From Alphaproteobacteria bacterium (lineage in GTDB: Bacteria; Pseudomonadota; Alphaproteobacteria; Bin95), in assembly GCA_964291285.2 (NCBI GenBank), contig OZ219787.1:1408001-1472000 (forward strand): 64,000 nucleotides of DNA, read 5' to 3'. Of the stretch, positions 48,791 through 60,191 are shown in pieces (positions within the stretch are counted from its first letter, which is position 1; each line of letters starts with the position of its first letter). The notes under the pieces were generated by a model that did not search any database, was not told the origin of the DNA, and worked only from the letters and a program-made list of their open reading frames with translations. A program made the translations under genes and the position numbers.

Positions 48791-49119
48791 GAGAGGCCTT
48801 CCTCTTCGGCAAGAAGCAGCAGCCGGACCGCTTCCCCGACCGTGACAGTCGCCGTTCCGCCTCCCGGAGCGCGAAAGACGAACCGACCGGACCGCGAGGC
48901 ATACAGGGCGTCCTCGCAGAGGCGACTCTGCCTGTCCTCCGTAAGCACAAGCGGATGCCCGGACGGCTTCGGGGCCTCGCCCGCGCCTTCGCCCGCCGCC
49001 CGCCGGCAACACAGATACCCCAGGCGCGAGATCGGCATCTTCCACTTCCTGGCCCGCCTGCGTATCCGTTCCCAGACCTCCGGCGAGCAGTAGACGCAAT
49101 AACGCTTCGCGAGCTTCAT
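48787..49119 (-). CDS. Hypothetical protein with RHH-like N-terminus
   Basis: RYCVYCSPEVWERIRRRARKWKMPISRL. Confidence 0.6.
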   Translation of the reverse strand: MKLAKRYCVYCSPEVWERIRRRARKWKMPISRLGYLCCRRAAGEGAGEAPKPSGHPLVLTEDRQSRLCEDALYASRSGRFVFRAPGGGTATVTVGEAVRLLLLAEEEGLS

Positions 49120-49124
49120 CCGAC

Positions 49125-49304
49125 CTAACCCGCTCCCGGCCTCATCGAACCCTTCAGCTCCCCCCAGTCGAGCAGCACCCGCACGACATATTCGGAGATC
49201 GACAGCCCCTCCGCATCGGCGTCTTCGCGGATCGCATCCCACTCGGTCTCGGTCGCCAGCACGCAGCGCTGCCTGCGCTTCTCTCCCCGGGTTCTTCTCG
49301 CCAT
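49125..49304 (-). CDS. Small ribbon-helix-helix (MobC/CopG-like) protein
   Basis: RCVLATETEWDAIREDADAEGLSISEYV; RBS AGGAGG. Confidence 0.65.
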   Translation of the reverse strand: MARRTRGEKRRQRCVLATETEWDAIREDADAEGLSISEYVVRVLLDWGELKGSMRPGAG

Positions 49305-49732
49305 TCGTCCGCCTCCTGATCGGTTGCACCAGTTACCCCGTCCATATAAGCTGTACTGAAAATGGATGCTAGATTCGATTTCACCCATATCGTCTTTCAG
49401 CGCCTCAAGCCGACAGGAGATGCCATGCAATTATCCATATAATAGAGCTGAAGATCAACCTCAATCAATATCTCATGATCGTTCTGCTCGGCCATGCCTT
49501 GTCACCTTCCCGGCATGCCTTCCTCAACACCGATATGTGACGATTTTTCATCAGAGCTTATACAGACTCAATGGACAGTCTGTCAACGAATATATGGTTG
49601 ACATGCTCGATAACATACTGTATCAACAAAGAAGAAATGGGAGTCCATTGAGCTTCATGCAGGCATGGTGAAGGCAACTTAGTAGTCGTCTTTAACCACA
49701 CATCTCGTGTTGGCTTGCGTCCGGCGCGCCCG

Positions 49733-49858
49733 ACGGCCCGGCTGCTCGGGCACTCCAAACTGCGCATGACCCTGCGCTACGCCCATTTCGCCGACCGCGA
49801 CATCGAAGCCGCGGCCGAACGGGTCGGGGAAACCATCGGTTCGCTCATGGGCCTCTAG
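49733..49858 (+). pseudogene. 3' remnant of tyrosine recombinase
   Basis: ARLLGHSKLRMTLRYAHFADRDIEAAAERVG. Confidence 0.75.
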
Positions 49859-50554
49859 GGGTTCTGGAGGGGGCCCGTCTTCAAGTGGCGTGCTGGTTCC
49901 AGCGCGGGATGGCCTGCTGGTGCTGCCGGCCGTTGAGACAGAAGTAGAGCTTGGACCGCTGGTAGTCCGGGAGGAAGGATACGACGCTTCCAAGGCAAGC
50001 GGCGCGCCTGGAAGTGGTTTTGGACACCGGATGCCGCTGACCCCGCGACACGGTCGTCCCGCCGGTCCGGATCGCGCATGGGCTCCAGTTCATGACAACC
50101 GGCCCAGGCTCTCCACTATCATCCTGCCGCTAACGAACCCTGGTTCGCTGGAAGTGCGGTATGCGACTGGCAACGAATCGGTTTTGGGACTGCCTGTTCG
50201 CTGCGGGAGCGCTTTACGGCCTTATAATCCTGCGTTCCGATGTTCTTTCCGGATGACGGCTGTCACGCGTGAGCTGCCAGCCTTTCTTGCGACACACTTG
50301 CAGATGTGCCGTGCTGGTGGACGCCATGGAGATGCTGCCGTTCAGGGTGGATCGAATTTCGGCGGACGATCGACTTCGCTATACCGCCTTAAAGTGGACC
50401 AGCAACTCTTGCGCGCCATCAACTCGCCGGCCTTGGAGCTACCCGGTCCACAGATCCGTGAGGTCTGGAGAAAACCGGTCGTTCCCGGCCGTTTTCGGTT
50501 CGCATCCGGCAGGCTTCCCCGGGCTCCGAGGCCGGGGCGGCGATACGGACCGGA

Positions 50555-50935
50555 CTACTCGAAGGTCCGGAGATACGCGATCACGTTTATCCGGTCCTTC
50601 TCCTTGCGCAGGCCCGCAAAGCTCATCTTGCCGCCCTTGATGACATTCTTGGGCTTGGTCAGATAGGCGTCGAGCGCCTCGGCGGTCCACACGAACCCCT
50701 CTTCCTTCATGGCCAGGGCGGGCTTGGAGTATTTGTAGCCTTCCACGGAAGCGATTTCCCGGTCGACGACCCCGTTCAGGATGGGGCCGATCTTGTTCCT
50801 GGCCTTCTCGCCGACGGCGTGGCAGGCCTTGCACTTGCGGAAGACCTTCTTGCCCTTGGCCGGGTCGCCCTCCGCGAGGACGGGACCCGCAAGGCCGAGG
50901 CCGAGCGCGACGATCAGCAGTCCGGCAATCTTCAT
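50555..50935 (-). CDS. Class I cytochrome c (NosC-like)
   Basis: Signal peptide, GDPAKGKKVFRKCKACH, GPILNGV, GKMSFAG. Confidence 0.9.
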   Translation of the reverse strand: MKIAGLLIVALGLGLAGPVLAEGDPAKGKKVFRKCKACHAVGEKARNKIGPILNGVVDREIASVEGYKYSKPALAMKEEGFVWTAEALDAYLTKPKNVIKGGKMSFAGLRKEKDRINVIAYLRTFE

Positions 50936-50964
50936 CCTTTTCCTCCTCTTCCCTGAAACGGGGC

Positions 50965-51897
50965 TCAGGCGACGAGCGCCTCCAGCCTTGCTCGCGGGTG
51001 ATGCGCCAACGCGCGGTCGATGGCGCGGCGGCCCATGATGCAGAATGCGGTCGAGAGGGCGTCCGCGAGCGCGGCCTGCGGCGCCGATACCGAGGCGAGC
51101 CGCCAGCGCACGGCGGGCCTGCCGGTGCGGGGATCGAGGATGTGCCCGAGCCCTCTCCCGGCATCCAGAAGGGTTGCATGCGGCGCGGAGGTCGCGAGTG
51201 CGCGGTCGGAAAGCACCGTGCGGCGGACGGGCGTTCCGTCCGCAAGCGCGATTCCGGCGCGCCAGGGCCTGCCGTCCTCCCGGCTCCCGAGCGCCTGGAT
51301 TTCCCCGGTGTCGATCAGCAGGTCCGTCAGTCCCTGCGCGCGGAGCAGGCGGGCGACCCGGTCCGCGATATAGCCCTGCGCGATCCCGTTGAGGGTGAGC
51401 GCCATACCGGGCTGGTCGAACCGGACGAGGCCGGCCCCGGACCGCACATGCCGCCAGCCGACGCGCGCAAGCGCCGCCGCGATCTCGCGAGAGGCCGGCG
51501 CCCTGCCCTCGGCCGCCGCCCTCGCATGAAGCTGCCAGAGCGGCTGCACCGAGGCATCGAACGCGCCGCCGGTGGCCGCGTTGGCGAGCCGGGCGAGGTC
51601 GAGGAGCTCGAGCATTTCGTGCGAGGGATGGCGGAGCCGGCCCGCGCCGTTCAGCCGACGGAGTTCGGAACCGGTCCTGTAGAGGCTGAAAATGTCTTCG
51701 AGCCGCGCAACTTCCGCCTCGACCCGCCGGGCGATCCGGGATGCCGCGGCGCGGTCGAGGCCGGTGAGCGTCAGCGAGGCTTCCGCCCCGAGCGCCCGCC
51801 ACCGCCGGCGGAACGGCCGGGCCCCGGCCGGTCCGGCCAGCGCCACGCCGGCCACAGCGGCCGACATGGCGAGGAAGCGCCGCCGCACGGTCCTCAT
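50965..51897 (-). CDS. nosX: FAD:protein FMN transferase NosX (ApbE family)
   Basis: Tat RRRFLA; FDASVQPL, TLNGIAQGY, GHILDPRTG, ADALSTA. Confidence 0.92.
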   Translation of the reverse strand: MRTVRRRFLAMSAAVAGVALAGPAGARPFRRRWRALGAEASLTLTGLDRAAASRIARRVEAEVARLEDIFSLYRTGSELRRLNGAGRLRHPSHEMLELLDLARLANAATGGAFDASVQPLWQLHARAAAEGRAPASREIAAALARVGWRHVRSGAGLVRFDQPGMALTLNGIAQGYIADRVARLLRAQGLTDLLIDTGEIQALGSREDGRPWRAGIALADGTPVRRTVLSDRALATSAPHATLLDAGRGLGHILDPRTGRPAVRWRLASVSAPQAALADALSTAFCIMGRRAIDRALAHHPRARLEALVA

Positions 51898-52406
51898 TGC
51901 CGGCCTCCCGAGGCGAGGTCGATCTCGGCGGGCGAAAGAAAGGCGGCGTCCGGGATATCGGCAAGCGCCAGCACGGCGCCGCCATGCCGTTCGGCAAAGC
52001 GGGCGGCGGCGTCGGCCGAGGCGAACGGCACGATTTCGGACGCGCCCATGCCGCCCCGCACATCCGCGCCGACCACGAAGCGGGCGTCGCGGGCGAGAAC
52101 CCAATTGTCCGCGCCCGGCGCCTCCCAGCTCGGCGCAGCACCCATGTCGGACACGTAGAAGGCGCGCAGTTCGGCCTCGCGTTCCGGGCCCTTCGCATAG
52201 ACGAGCGCGTCGCGGACCTGCACGAAGAAGAGCGGCTCGGGGTAGCCGTCCAGGTGGATCTGCGACTTGGGGCCAGCATGGTCGAGGACGGTCATCCTGC
52301 AATAGTGGCCGACCGCCTCGGCCGTCAGGCGGACCGGGTCGGGCAAGGCGGTCTCGTCCTCGCCGCAGCCGGCAAGGAGCGCAAGGAGGAGAAGCAGCCG
52401 CCTCAC
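51894..52406 (-). CDS. nosL: Copper chaperone lipoprotein NosL
   Basis: Lipobox LAGC; HYCRM..HAGPKSQ; GGMGA. Confidence 0.92.
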   Translation of the reverse strand: MRRLLLLLALLAGCGEDETALPDPVRLTAEAVGHYCRMTVLDHAGPKSQIHLDGYPEPLFFVQVRDALVYAKGPEREAELRAFYVSDMGAAPSWEAPGADNWVLARDARFVVGADVRGGMGASEIVPFASADAAARFAERHGGAVLALADIPDAAFLSPAEIDLASGGRQ

Positions 52407-53227
52407 GGGTCGGTCCTCGAAATGGCGAGCCGGGCGAGGCCCAGCGCGGCGACCGGCCAGAGGAGGAGCGAGGCGAGCGGCGCCCCGCCCGGCAGGGCGT
52501 CGGCAGCGCCGGTCATGCCGGTTGCGAGCGCTATCTGCCCGGACGCGGCGACGTTCCAGAGGCGGAAGGCATCGGCCGGGTTGAGCGTCAGCAGCCACGG
52601 GAACAGCTCCTGCGTGAAGAAGCCGCCATCGTCCGCGACCACGGCCCCGAGCAGGCCGAGATCGTAGAACACGACCAGCACCAGCCACACGCCGACGGCG
52701 GCCCCGGCGCTTCCCGCCATGCTGCCCGCGAGCGCGGACACCGCATAGCCGATGGCAAGGAAGGTCGCGCCCAGCAGGATCGAGGAGCCGATCAGCCGGG
52801 CCAGCGCCAGGACGCTCTCGGACCCGGCCCCGCCGGCCGCCGCCGCCGCGAGCCCGGCTGCGCCGAAGCCCGCCGCCATCGCGACCGCCAGCACGGCCAA
52901 GTGGGCGATGAGCTTACCCGCGAGGAGCTCGCCCCGCGTCAGCCGGTAGCTCAGCAGCAGGGCGAGGCTGCCGCGCTCCTTCTCGCCGGAGACGGCATCG
53001 AAGGAAAGCAGCAGGGCGAGCAGCGGGGTCAGATAGACGGCGAGCGTGGTCATCGAAGCGACCGAGACGGTGAGCAGATCGACGCCGAGCGTTCCGGTCG
53101 GCGCGGAGCCGGCGAAAGTCAGCGCGAGCGCGAAGAGCAGCATCAGCAGGGCCGCAGTCAGTGCCCAGCGGTTGCGCCGCGCAATGCGGAATTCGGCGAG
53201 CGCGACGACAAGCGCGCGGGCGGTCAC
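52403..53227 (-). CDS. nosY: ABC permease NosY
   Basis: RNRW, GEKERGSLALLLSY, LNPADAFR; multiple TM helices. Confidence 0.93.
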   Translation of the reverse strand: MTARALVVALAEFRIARRNRWALTAALLMLLFALALTFAGSAPTGTLGVDLLTVSVASMTTLAVYLTPLLALLLSFDAVSGEKERGSLALLLSYRLTRGELLAGKLIAHLAVLAVAMAAGFGAAGLAAAAAGGAGSESVLALARLIGSSILLGATFLAIGYAVSALAGSMAGSAGAAVGVWLVLVVFYDLGLLGAVVADDGGFFTQELFPWLLTLNPADAFRLWNVAASGQIALATGMTGAADALPGGAPLASLLLWPVAALGLARLAISRTDP

Positions 53228-54123
53228 GGGCCTGCCCCCTCGGAATAGTGCCGGTAGATGTCGTCCAGGTCCGGCTGGATGACGTCAAAGTCGGCTACCA
53301 GGGCCCCGAGTGCGGCGACCTCCGCAAGGCGGGCCATCTTCTCCGAGGGCGGGCACAGGATCTCGACCGACGCCCCGTTCAGCCGCTCGCCGCCGAGGCG
53401 CGCCTGAATGTCCGAGGCGCGCTCGCCCGCCGCAGTCACACGCAGCCGGACCGGGAGGCCCGCCGCCTCCCTCAGCCGGCCCAGCCTGTCGCAGGCGGCC
53501 ATGCGGCCCTCGCGCAGGATTGCGATGCGGTCGGTCTGCGCCTCAAGCTCCGTCAGCGCGTGGCTGGCGATCAGCACGGCGGCGCCCTCGCCCGCCAGTT
53601 CGTCGATGATGGCGTAGAGCTCGCGGCGCGAGACTGGGTCGAGGCCGCTCGTCGGTTCGTCGAGCAGGGCCACGGCCGGGCGGCCGAGCAGGACCTGGGC
53701 CAGGCCGAGCCGCTGGCGCATGCCCTTCGACCAGGTTCCGATGCGCCGGTCGGCGGTGCCGGCGAGGCCGACGCGGTCAAGCAGGGCCGGCGCCGACGCC
53801 CGCGGGACGCCGGCCAGGCTCGCGAACAGGCCCAGCTGCTCGCGGCCCGTAAGCGCCGGATGAAAGGCCGGTGCCTCCGGCAGGTAGGCGGCCGCGGCCC
53901 TGGCGGCCGGGGAGCCGGCAGCGGCGCCCCCGACCGAAACGGTCCCGCCGTCGGCGCGAATGAGCCCGAGCGCGAGCTTCATCAAGGTCGTCTTCCCGGC
54001 CCCGTTATGGCCGAGCAGCGCCACCCGCTCGCCGGGGGCGACGGCCAGCGAGACGTCCTGCAGGACCCGGCGCGAGTCGTAGGCCTTGCCCACGGCGTCG
54101 AGCCTGAGGACGCTATCCGCCAT
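53224..54123 (-). CDS. nosF: ABC ATPase NosF
   Basis: GHNGAGKTT, SKGMRQR, LLDEPTSGLD. Confidence 0.93.
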   Translation of the reverse strand: MADSVLRLDAVGKAYDSRRVLQDVSLAVAPGERVALLGHNGAGKTTLMKLALGLIRADGGTVSVGGAAAGSPAARAAAAYLPEAPAFHPALTGREQLGLFASLAGVPRASAPALLDRVGLAGTADRRIGTWSKGMRQRLGLAQVLLGRPAVALLDEPTSGLDPVSRRELYAIIDELAGEGAAVLIASHALTELEAQTDRIAILREGRMAACDRLGRLREAAGLPVRLRVTAAGERASDIQARLGGERLNGASVEILCPPSEKMARLAEVAALGALVADFDVIQPDLDDIYRHYSEGAGP

Positions 54124-55372
54124 CGCCCTGCTCCCAATGCGGCGCCGGCGGCTCCACGGGCCGCATCAGGGGGTGGCTGTCGATGACGCCGCCCGGAAGG
54201 AGGGCCGGAAAGGCCGACTGAGACCAGCGCACGAGCTGGACCGCCGGGGCGCCGAGCAGCCACTTGGCCGCGGGCTGGCGCCAGAGCACCCGATCCATGG
54301 CGTCGTTCGGGCGGTAAGGGGCGTCCGCGACGCCGTCGCCGTCCAGGTCGAAGGCGGCGAAGTCGGACCAGTGGTTGCCGCGGCCCTTCACGGACCAGTC
54401 GATCCAGCGGGAGCCCGCATATTTCACCTGGGTGCGGTTGCCGATGAAGGCATTGCCGACGATAGTGTTGCGCTCGGAGCCCGCGGTGAAGTGGATGCCG
54501 ATGGCGCAGCGTTCGAACCGGTTGTCCTCGATCCGGTTCTTGTGGGCGTTGTAGATGAAGGCGCAGCGGTTGGCGCCGTCCAGCACCCTGTTGCCGCGAA
54601 CCACTGAGCTGTTGGTGTAGTTCAGCATGATCCCGTGCTCGGCGTCCCCGATGGAGGTGTTGCCGATCACCTTCACCCGCTTGGAATACATGATGGCGTA
54701 GCCGAGATCGTTGCCGACCGAGAGGTTGTCCTCGACCGTGCTGTTGTGCGCATACATGTAGTGGACGGCGAAGCGCAGGTCGCGGAAGCGGTTCCTGCGG
54801 AAGATGTTCTTCTTGGAGGTGTTGATGAAGATGCCGTCGCGCCCCCAGCGGATGTCGTTGCCTTCGACCGCCGCGCCCGGCGCGTTCCAGACATAAACCC
54901 CGTTGCCGCGGGCGTTGACGCGGCGGTCCCTGCGTCCCTCGATGACATTGCCGGCGACGCGCGCGCCGCGCGCGCCGTGGATATCGACGCCGTGGAGATT
55001 ACCCACCAGCTGGTTGCCCTCGACCACCGCGCGGGCGGCTTTGCGGCCAAGCTTTATTCCGGAATCGAGGGTTTCGTGAGAGGAGCCGGAGCCGCGTATC
55101 TCCAGCCCGCTGATCTCGACATCGGGCGCCCGCACCGTAATCGTGGAGCCGGCTCCGGGACCAGCGACGACCGCCCCGGTGCGGCCCCGCAGGGTCAGCG
55201 GCCGGTCGATCTCGACGCCGCCCGTGTGAACCCCGGCGGCGAGGATCAGCACATCTCCGTCCGCCGCCGCGGCGATGGCCGCCGCCAGCGCGCCGGGCCG
55301 CGCCGGCACCTCCCGCTCCGCCGCCAGCGCGGGCGAAGCCAGAAGTGCCAGTGCCAGCCCGGCGCGGCGCAT
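54113..55372 (-). CDS. nosD: Periplasmic maturation protein NosD
   Basis: Beta-helix; RGNGVYVWN, RDGIF, RFAVHYMY, GNHWSD. Confidence 0.95.
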   Translation of the reverse strand: MRRAGLALALLASPALAAEREVPARPGALAAAIAAAADGDVLILAAGVHTGGVEIDRPLTLRGRTGAVVAGPGAGSTITVRAPDVEISGLEIRGSGSSHETLDSGIKLGRKAARAVVEGNQLVGNLHGVDIHGARGARVAGNVIEGRRDRRVNARGNGVYVWNAPGAAVEGNDIRWGRDGIFINTSKKNIFRRNRFRDLRFAVHYMYAHNSTVEDNLSVGNDLGYAIMYSKRVKVIGNTSIGDAEHGIMLNYTNSSVVRGNRVLDGANRCAFIYNAHKNRIEDNRFERCAIGIHFTAGSERNTIVGNAFIGNRTQVKYAGSRWIDWSVKGRGNHWSDFAAFDLDGDGVADAPYRPNDAMDRVLWRQPAAKWLLGAPAVQLVRWSQSAFPALLPGGVIDSHPLMRPVEPPAPHWEQGDGG

Positions 55373-57276
55373 CACGCGGCTCTCGGCTCGACGAACATCC
55401 GCCCGCGCATCTCCATGTGGAGCGCGTGGCAGAACCACTGGCAGTAGAACCAGTGGACGCCCGGGCGGTCGGCCGTGAAGGTGACGGAGGCCGTCGCCTG
55501 TGGCGGGATCTCGAAGGCGATGCCGTAGTTCGAGAGGCAGAACCCGTGGGTCACGTCATCCACATCGTCCAGGTTGGTGATGTAGATCGTGACCTCATCG
55601 CCCTGGCGGACGGTGAACTTCTCCATCGAGAACTCGGGCGCCACCGAATACATGTAGACGCGCACCTTGTTGCCGTCCCGGATCGGCTCCTCGGCGCCGT
55701 CCTCGAGATCGACACCGTCCGCCGCCGCCTGCCGGACGGCGTCGGAGAAGGTCGGATCGTCCCGGTCCCATATGGTCTTCGGGTTCACGATGTCGCGGCG
55801 CACGATGATGCAGTCATGCGGCTCGGCGAAGGTCGGCCCGTCATGGACCACCTTCATCTCGTCGGACGAAATGTCGATGAGCTGCTCGTTCTCGGGCTTC
55901 AGCGGCCCGACATTGATGAAGCGGTCCTTGGAGAACTTGTTCATCGAAACGAGCCATTCGCCGTCCGCCTCGGCCGTCTCGCCCATGGTGGAGTGGTTGT
56001 GTCCGGGCTGGTAGTGGACATCGACCTTGGAGATGATCGGGTCCACATCCTCGCCGGCATAGGCGCGGATGGCCTTCTCGACGTCCCATTTCACGATCTG
56101 GCTGTCGAGGAAGAGCGTGGTGAAGGCCCCGCCCTTGCCGTCGAACGCCGTGTGGAGCGGCCCCAGGCCGAGCTGCGGCTCGGCGACGATGCAGGAGCGC
56201 GGATCGGCATTCTCCGAGAAGAGCGCATCGACCTTGGTCACGTCGATCACCGAGACCGTGGGCGAGAGCTTGCCGTTGATGACGACATGGCGCTTGTCCG
56301 GGGCGGTGTTGCAGCCGTGCGGGCTATTCGGGATCGGTACGTAGCGTGTGTATTTCGAGCCCTTGCGCCCGTCGAGCACGCGCACGCCCTTCAGCATCTG
56401 CCCGTCGCCGGCGGCCACGCCCGCCTCGATCGCCTTGATGTCGAAGATGACGCAATGGTCGGTCTCACTGGCGGTCATCTCGGCCAGGTTCATGCCCATC
56501 TCGGAGTTGTAGCTGGTCGAGAAGGCGTATTTGCCCTGGTAGTCGGCGTCGCAATTGTCGAGATTGCCGGAGACGATCACCTGCCAAGCGACCGTCATCG
56601 TGTCGCCGTCTATGGCGGTGAAGATGTTGACGTAGTCCTCCGGGCTGTCGAGGATCCTGCCGTCGTTGACAAGCGGCGTTTCGTGCTCGCCATTGGCGAA
56701 GATGTAGCCGGTGCGCGGATATTTCTGCGGGCGCAGGCCGTGGATGTCCGCTGCGTTCGGAATCTCGATGATCTTGTCGCACTTCATGATGTCGCAGCGC
56801 ACGCGCGCGACGCGGGTGTTGGCCTTGTCGTTCATGAAAAGGTAGCGCCCGTCATAGGTGCCGTCCGTGAACGACATGTGCGGGTGGTGGAGGTCCCCGT
56901 TGTCGTAGGTGACGCGGCCTCTCGCGGCCAGGAACTCCCTCGTTTCCGGCAGGAGGCCCTCGGTCAGCACCTTGAGGCTCTCGTTGGTCTGGCCCCAGCC
57001 GGTCGCGGAACAGCGGTTGAAGACCGGCACGCGCATCAGCTCGCGCATGGAGGGCACACCGATAATGCGCAGCTCGCCAGCATGGCCGGACGACCAGAAG
57101 CCGTAATACTCGTCGAGCTGTCCGGGGCCGAGGGCATGGCTGCCGGTCGCCGCCCGCGCCGGTCCCGGCGCCGCGACGCCTGCGGCCGCCGTTGCCGCCG
57201 CCGCCACGGCGCCGCCGGCGGTAGCCCGCATCAGGCCGCGCCGGGTGACACTGAATTCGCTGGGCTTTTTCGTCAT
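55372..57276 (-). CDS. nosZ: Nitrous-oxide reductase, clade I (Tat)
   Basis: TRRGLM Tat motif; DLHHPH, PHGCN, VHYQPGH, EPHD, Cu[13 protein letters not shown]. Confidence 0.98.
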   Translation of the reverse strand: MTKKPSEFSVTRRGLMRATAGGAVAAAATAAAGVAAPGPARAATGSHALGPGQLDEYYGFWSSGHAGELRIIGVPSMRELMRVPVFNRCSATGWGQTNESLKVLTEGLLPETREFLAARGRVTYDNGDLHHPHMSFTDGTYDGRYLFMNDKANTRVARVRCDIMKCDKIIEIPNAADIHGLRPQKYPRTGYIFANGEHETPLVNDGRILDSPEDYVNIFTAIDGDTMTVAWQVIVSGNLDNCDADYQGKYAFSTSYNSEMGMNLAEMTASETDHCVIFDIKAIEAGVAAGDGQMLKGVRVLDGRKGSKYTRYVPIPNSPHGCNTAPDKRHVVINGKLSPTVSVIDVTKVDALFSENADPRSCIVAEPQLGLGPLHTAFDGKGGAFTTLFLDSQIVKWDVEKAIRAYAGEDVDPIISKVDVHYQPGHNHSTMGETAEADGEWLVSMNKFSKDRFINVGPLKPENEQLIDISSDEMKVVHDGPTFAEPHDCIIVRRDIVNPKTIWDRDDPTFSDAVRQAAADGVDLEDGAEEPIRDGNKVRVYMYSVAPEFSMEKFTVRQGDEVTIYITNLDDVDDVTHGFCLSNYGIAFEIPPQATASVTFTADRPGVHWFYCQWFCHALHMEMRGRMFVEPRAA

Positions 57277-57280
57277 GGGT

Positions 57281-59437
57281 TCACTCCTTCGGGGATGTGG
57301 GAGGGTCGGGTGCGCGGGCAAGTGCCGCCTTGAGGGCGCCGGTGCTCCGGGCGAGCCGCTCGCGGCTCCGCTCCCGCTTGATGCAGACCGGGCACTTGGC
57401 TGTGGACTGGTAGAGCACCTGGCAGTGCAGGCAGTTCACGCATTCGTTCGGGTTGATCTCGCCCGTCGGGTGGATGGCCTGGACGGGACATTCGTTCGCG
57501 CAGAGCTGGCAGGGATGGCCGCACTCGTGGTACCGCTTTAGCCAGGCGAACATGCGAATTCGGGCCGGGATCGCAAGCGCGGCGCCCAGCGGACAGAGAT
57601 AGCGGCAGAAGAAGCGCTCGACGAACAGGCCGGTGGCCAGCAGTGCGACCGCGAACAGCACGAACGGCCACTCGCGGACGAATTTCAGCACGATGGCGGT
57701 CTTGAAGGGCTCGACCTCGGCGAAGGTCTCCGCGAGCGGGATCGAGGCCAGCGAGATGCCGAACAGGCCGAGGAAGAGTACATATTTGACCGGCCAGAGG
57801 CGCTCGTGCAGGCTCCAGGGCAGCTCCCATTGCGGCACGCGCAGCGCGCGGGCGGCCTTGTTGGTCAGTTCCTGGAGCGCGCCGAACGGGCACAGCCACC
57901 CGCAATAGGCGCCGCGGCCCCAGAAGATCAGCGCCGCCGCTACCGAGAACCAGAGGATAAAGACCAGCGGGTCGAGCAGGAAGGCGTCCCAGACGAAGCC
58001 CGTGCGCAGGCTGCCGAACAGCGCCATCAGGTTCACGACCGAGAGCTGGGCGTTCGCATACCAGCCGAGGAAGAAGAGCGTGGCCGAGAGGAACCCCATG
58101 CGCAGCCAGAAATAGAGCCGGGCGTTCCTCGTCACCTGGCGCTGGAAGAAGAAGATCGCGGTCAGCAGCGCGAGCATGACGGCGAGCCCGGCGATCTCGA
58201 ATCGCCGGTCGTGCCAGACCCGCTGCCAGAGCGCCGCTTTGGCCTCGGCCTCGCCGGTTGCCGCCTCCGCCGCGAGGACCGGCGGCAGGAGGTAGTGCTC
58301 CGGCAGGCGGTAGCCGAGATCGAAGGTGAGGAACCGCTTGTCTACCGCGCCCACCGCGCGCTGTACCAGGAGCTGCAGGCGCCACGGCTCGCCCGGCTCG
58401 AACGCCGCATGGGCGGGAATGCGGAAGATATCCAGCTCCGTGAAGGCGGGCGCGCCTGCCGCGGCGATCTCGCCGAGCCGCTTGTGGTCGCGGTCGAAGA
58501 AACGGATCGACCGGTCGCCCTGGATGAGCTGGATGCGGTCGAAGATGCCGCCCCGCACATAGCCCGAGCCCTTGAACGAATAGCGCCCGCGGCCTGCGAC
58601 CAGGATGGCGTGCCCGCCCTCGCCGACCCACTCCCTCAGATTGGCGTATTCCGCTCCGCCCAGCAGGCTGAGTCCGATGGAGGGTACGCTCGCCAGCGCC
58701 GCGCGCAGGTCGATGAAGGTCTCTTCGGGCGCGCCCCGCTCGGGCCGGGCGATGGCCTTGGGATCGCCCGTGGCCTCGAAGGCCGCATTGACCTGGGACA
58801 GATCGAGGGACAGCGCCCGCACCGAGCCGTCCCCGGCGAGCGAGGCCCAGTCGAAAACCTCCTCCCTTGCCATGTCCGGCTTGCGCGCCGGACCGGCGGC
58901 GGCTTCGGGCGCAAGCCCGCCCAGGCCGAGCGCGCGGGCCACCTTGAGCCCGGCTCTGATGACCGAATCGTCGATCACCATCACTGTCACCGTGGCCCCG
59001 GAGACGATGTCGAGATCGTGCGCCGAGCCTCCTTCGGCGGCCTCGGCCTTCAGGTCGATGCCGGCATAGCCTTCCGTCAGCCGGCGCATCTTCGCGTCCG
59101 GGATGCCGATCAGCACGATCGGCTCCGAATGCTCGACCAGCCGGACGCCGGCGAGGACGGCGTCGGGGGAAATCGCGGCGACGACATGGATCGGCTTGCC
59201 GGAATAGCCGGTCGTGCCGACGAAGTCGGATGTGAGGAATGCCCAGCCGACCGTGTCTCCACCGGCCAGGACGGGTGCAACGGGGAGGTCGCTGCGGACC
59301 GGCCCGTAGCCGGTCGCCCCGGGGACGAGCGCCTCCGGCGCGAGCCCGCCCAGAAAACGCGGCAATTCGGACCCCCACGCGGCAATCGGCAAAGCCGACA
59401 GCCACAGGAGCAGGCCGACGATCGAGCCGCGGGACAC
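57281..59437 (-). CDS. nosR: NosR FMN/Fe-S membrane protein
   Basis: [36 protein letters not shown], two ferredoxin Cys motifs. Confidence 0.96.
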   Translation of the reverse strand: MSRGSIVGLLLWLSALPIAAWGSELPRFLGGLAPEALVPGATGYGPVRSDLPVAPVLAGGDTVGWAFLTSDFVGTTGYSGKPIHVVAAISPDAVLAGVRLVEHSEPIVLIGIPDAKMRRLTEGYAGIDLKAEAAEGGSAHDLDIVSGATVTVMVIDDSVIRAGLKVARALGLGGLAPEAAAGPARKPDMAREEVFDWASLAGDGSVRALSLDLSQVNAAFEATGDPKAIARPERGAPEETFIDLRAALASVPSIGLSLLGGAEYANLREWVGEGGHAILVAGRGRYSFKGSGYVRGGIFDRIQLIQGDRSIRFFDRDHKRLGEIAAAGAPAFTELDIFRIPAHAAFEPGEPWRLQLLVQRAVGAVDKRFLTFDLGYRLPEHYLLPPVLAAEAATGEAEAKAALWQRVWHDRRFEIAGLAVMLALLTAIFFFQRQVTRNARLYFWLRMGFLSATLFFLGWYANAQLSVVNLMALFGSLRTGFVWDAFLLDPLVFILWFSVAAALIFWGRGAYCGWLCPFGALQELTNKAARALRVPQWELPWSLHERLWPVKYVLFLGLFGISLASIPLAETFAEVEPFKTAIVLKFVREWPFVLFAVALLATGLFVERFFCRYLCPLGAALAIPARIRMFAWLKRYHECGHPCQLCANECPVQAIHPTGEINPNECVNCLHCQVLYQSTAKCPVCIKRERSRERLARSTGALKAALARAPDPPTSPKE

Positions 59438-59468
59438 CGGATGTTCCTCCGTGCTGCGGGCGGAAACC

Positions 59469-60191
59469 CTAGCGACTTCGGTTCCTACGCTCCTTGACGC
59501 GGGTCAAGCGAATTCCTCGCAGGACGGCTCCCTGTGCTTCTTCGCAGTCTTCTGCTTTCCGGCGCGGCGAAGTGCCGGTCCGCAGCGCCCGGCAGAACGC
59601 GGTGCTGACCTCCGCCTTATTCAACGTGTAGATGTGGAAATCCGTCACACCCTCGGCGGCGAGGCGCCGGCACCGCCCGGTCGCCACCGCGGCAGCGACG
59701 GCCGCGCGCGCCTGAGGCCGCTCGTCCAGGTCCTCGAGCATGCGCTCCATCCAGTCGGGTATCGAAGCCCCGCACCTGGCCGAAAATCGCTTGAGCCCGC
59801 CGAAATGGCCGACCGGCATGATGCCCGGCACGATCGGCGCACCGATCCCGGCTGCCCTGGCGCGGTCGATGAAGCGCAGCACCGTTTCCGTGTCGAATGC
59901 ATATTGCGTGATCGCGAAGCGGGCGCCGGCATCGAACTTGCGTTTGAGGTTGTCGATATCCGCCTCGAGGCTCGCCGCCTCCGGGTGAACCTCCGGGTAG
60001 GCGGCCACGGCGATGTCGAAATCGGCGACGCGCATGAGCCCCTCGACCAGATCGACCGCGAAGGGATAACCGCCCGCGGATGGGCGGTAAGGCTCGATCC
60101 CCGGCGCATCGCCCCGTAGTGCGACGATGCGCCGGATGCCGGAGTCCCAGAGTTCACGGGCGAGCGAGTCGATCTCGCCCCGGCGCCTCAC
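59469..60191 (-). pseudogene. metF: 5'-truncated methylenetetrahydrofolate reductase
   Basis: IVALRGD, AAYPEVHP, KFDAGA..AITQ, FHIYTLN present; N-terminal SFEFFPP/SVTYGAGG/AHLTC absent. Confidence 0.8.
59494..59507. promoter_or_regulatory. FNR/NNR/DNR-type box for the nos operon
   Basis: TTGAC-GCGG-GTCAA, about 57 bp upstream of nosR. Confidence 0.7.

Noticed and set aside
49881-50550. ORFs between the integrase remnant and cytochrome c
   Set aside because: No RBS or motif support; partly antisense to cytochrome c
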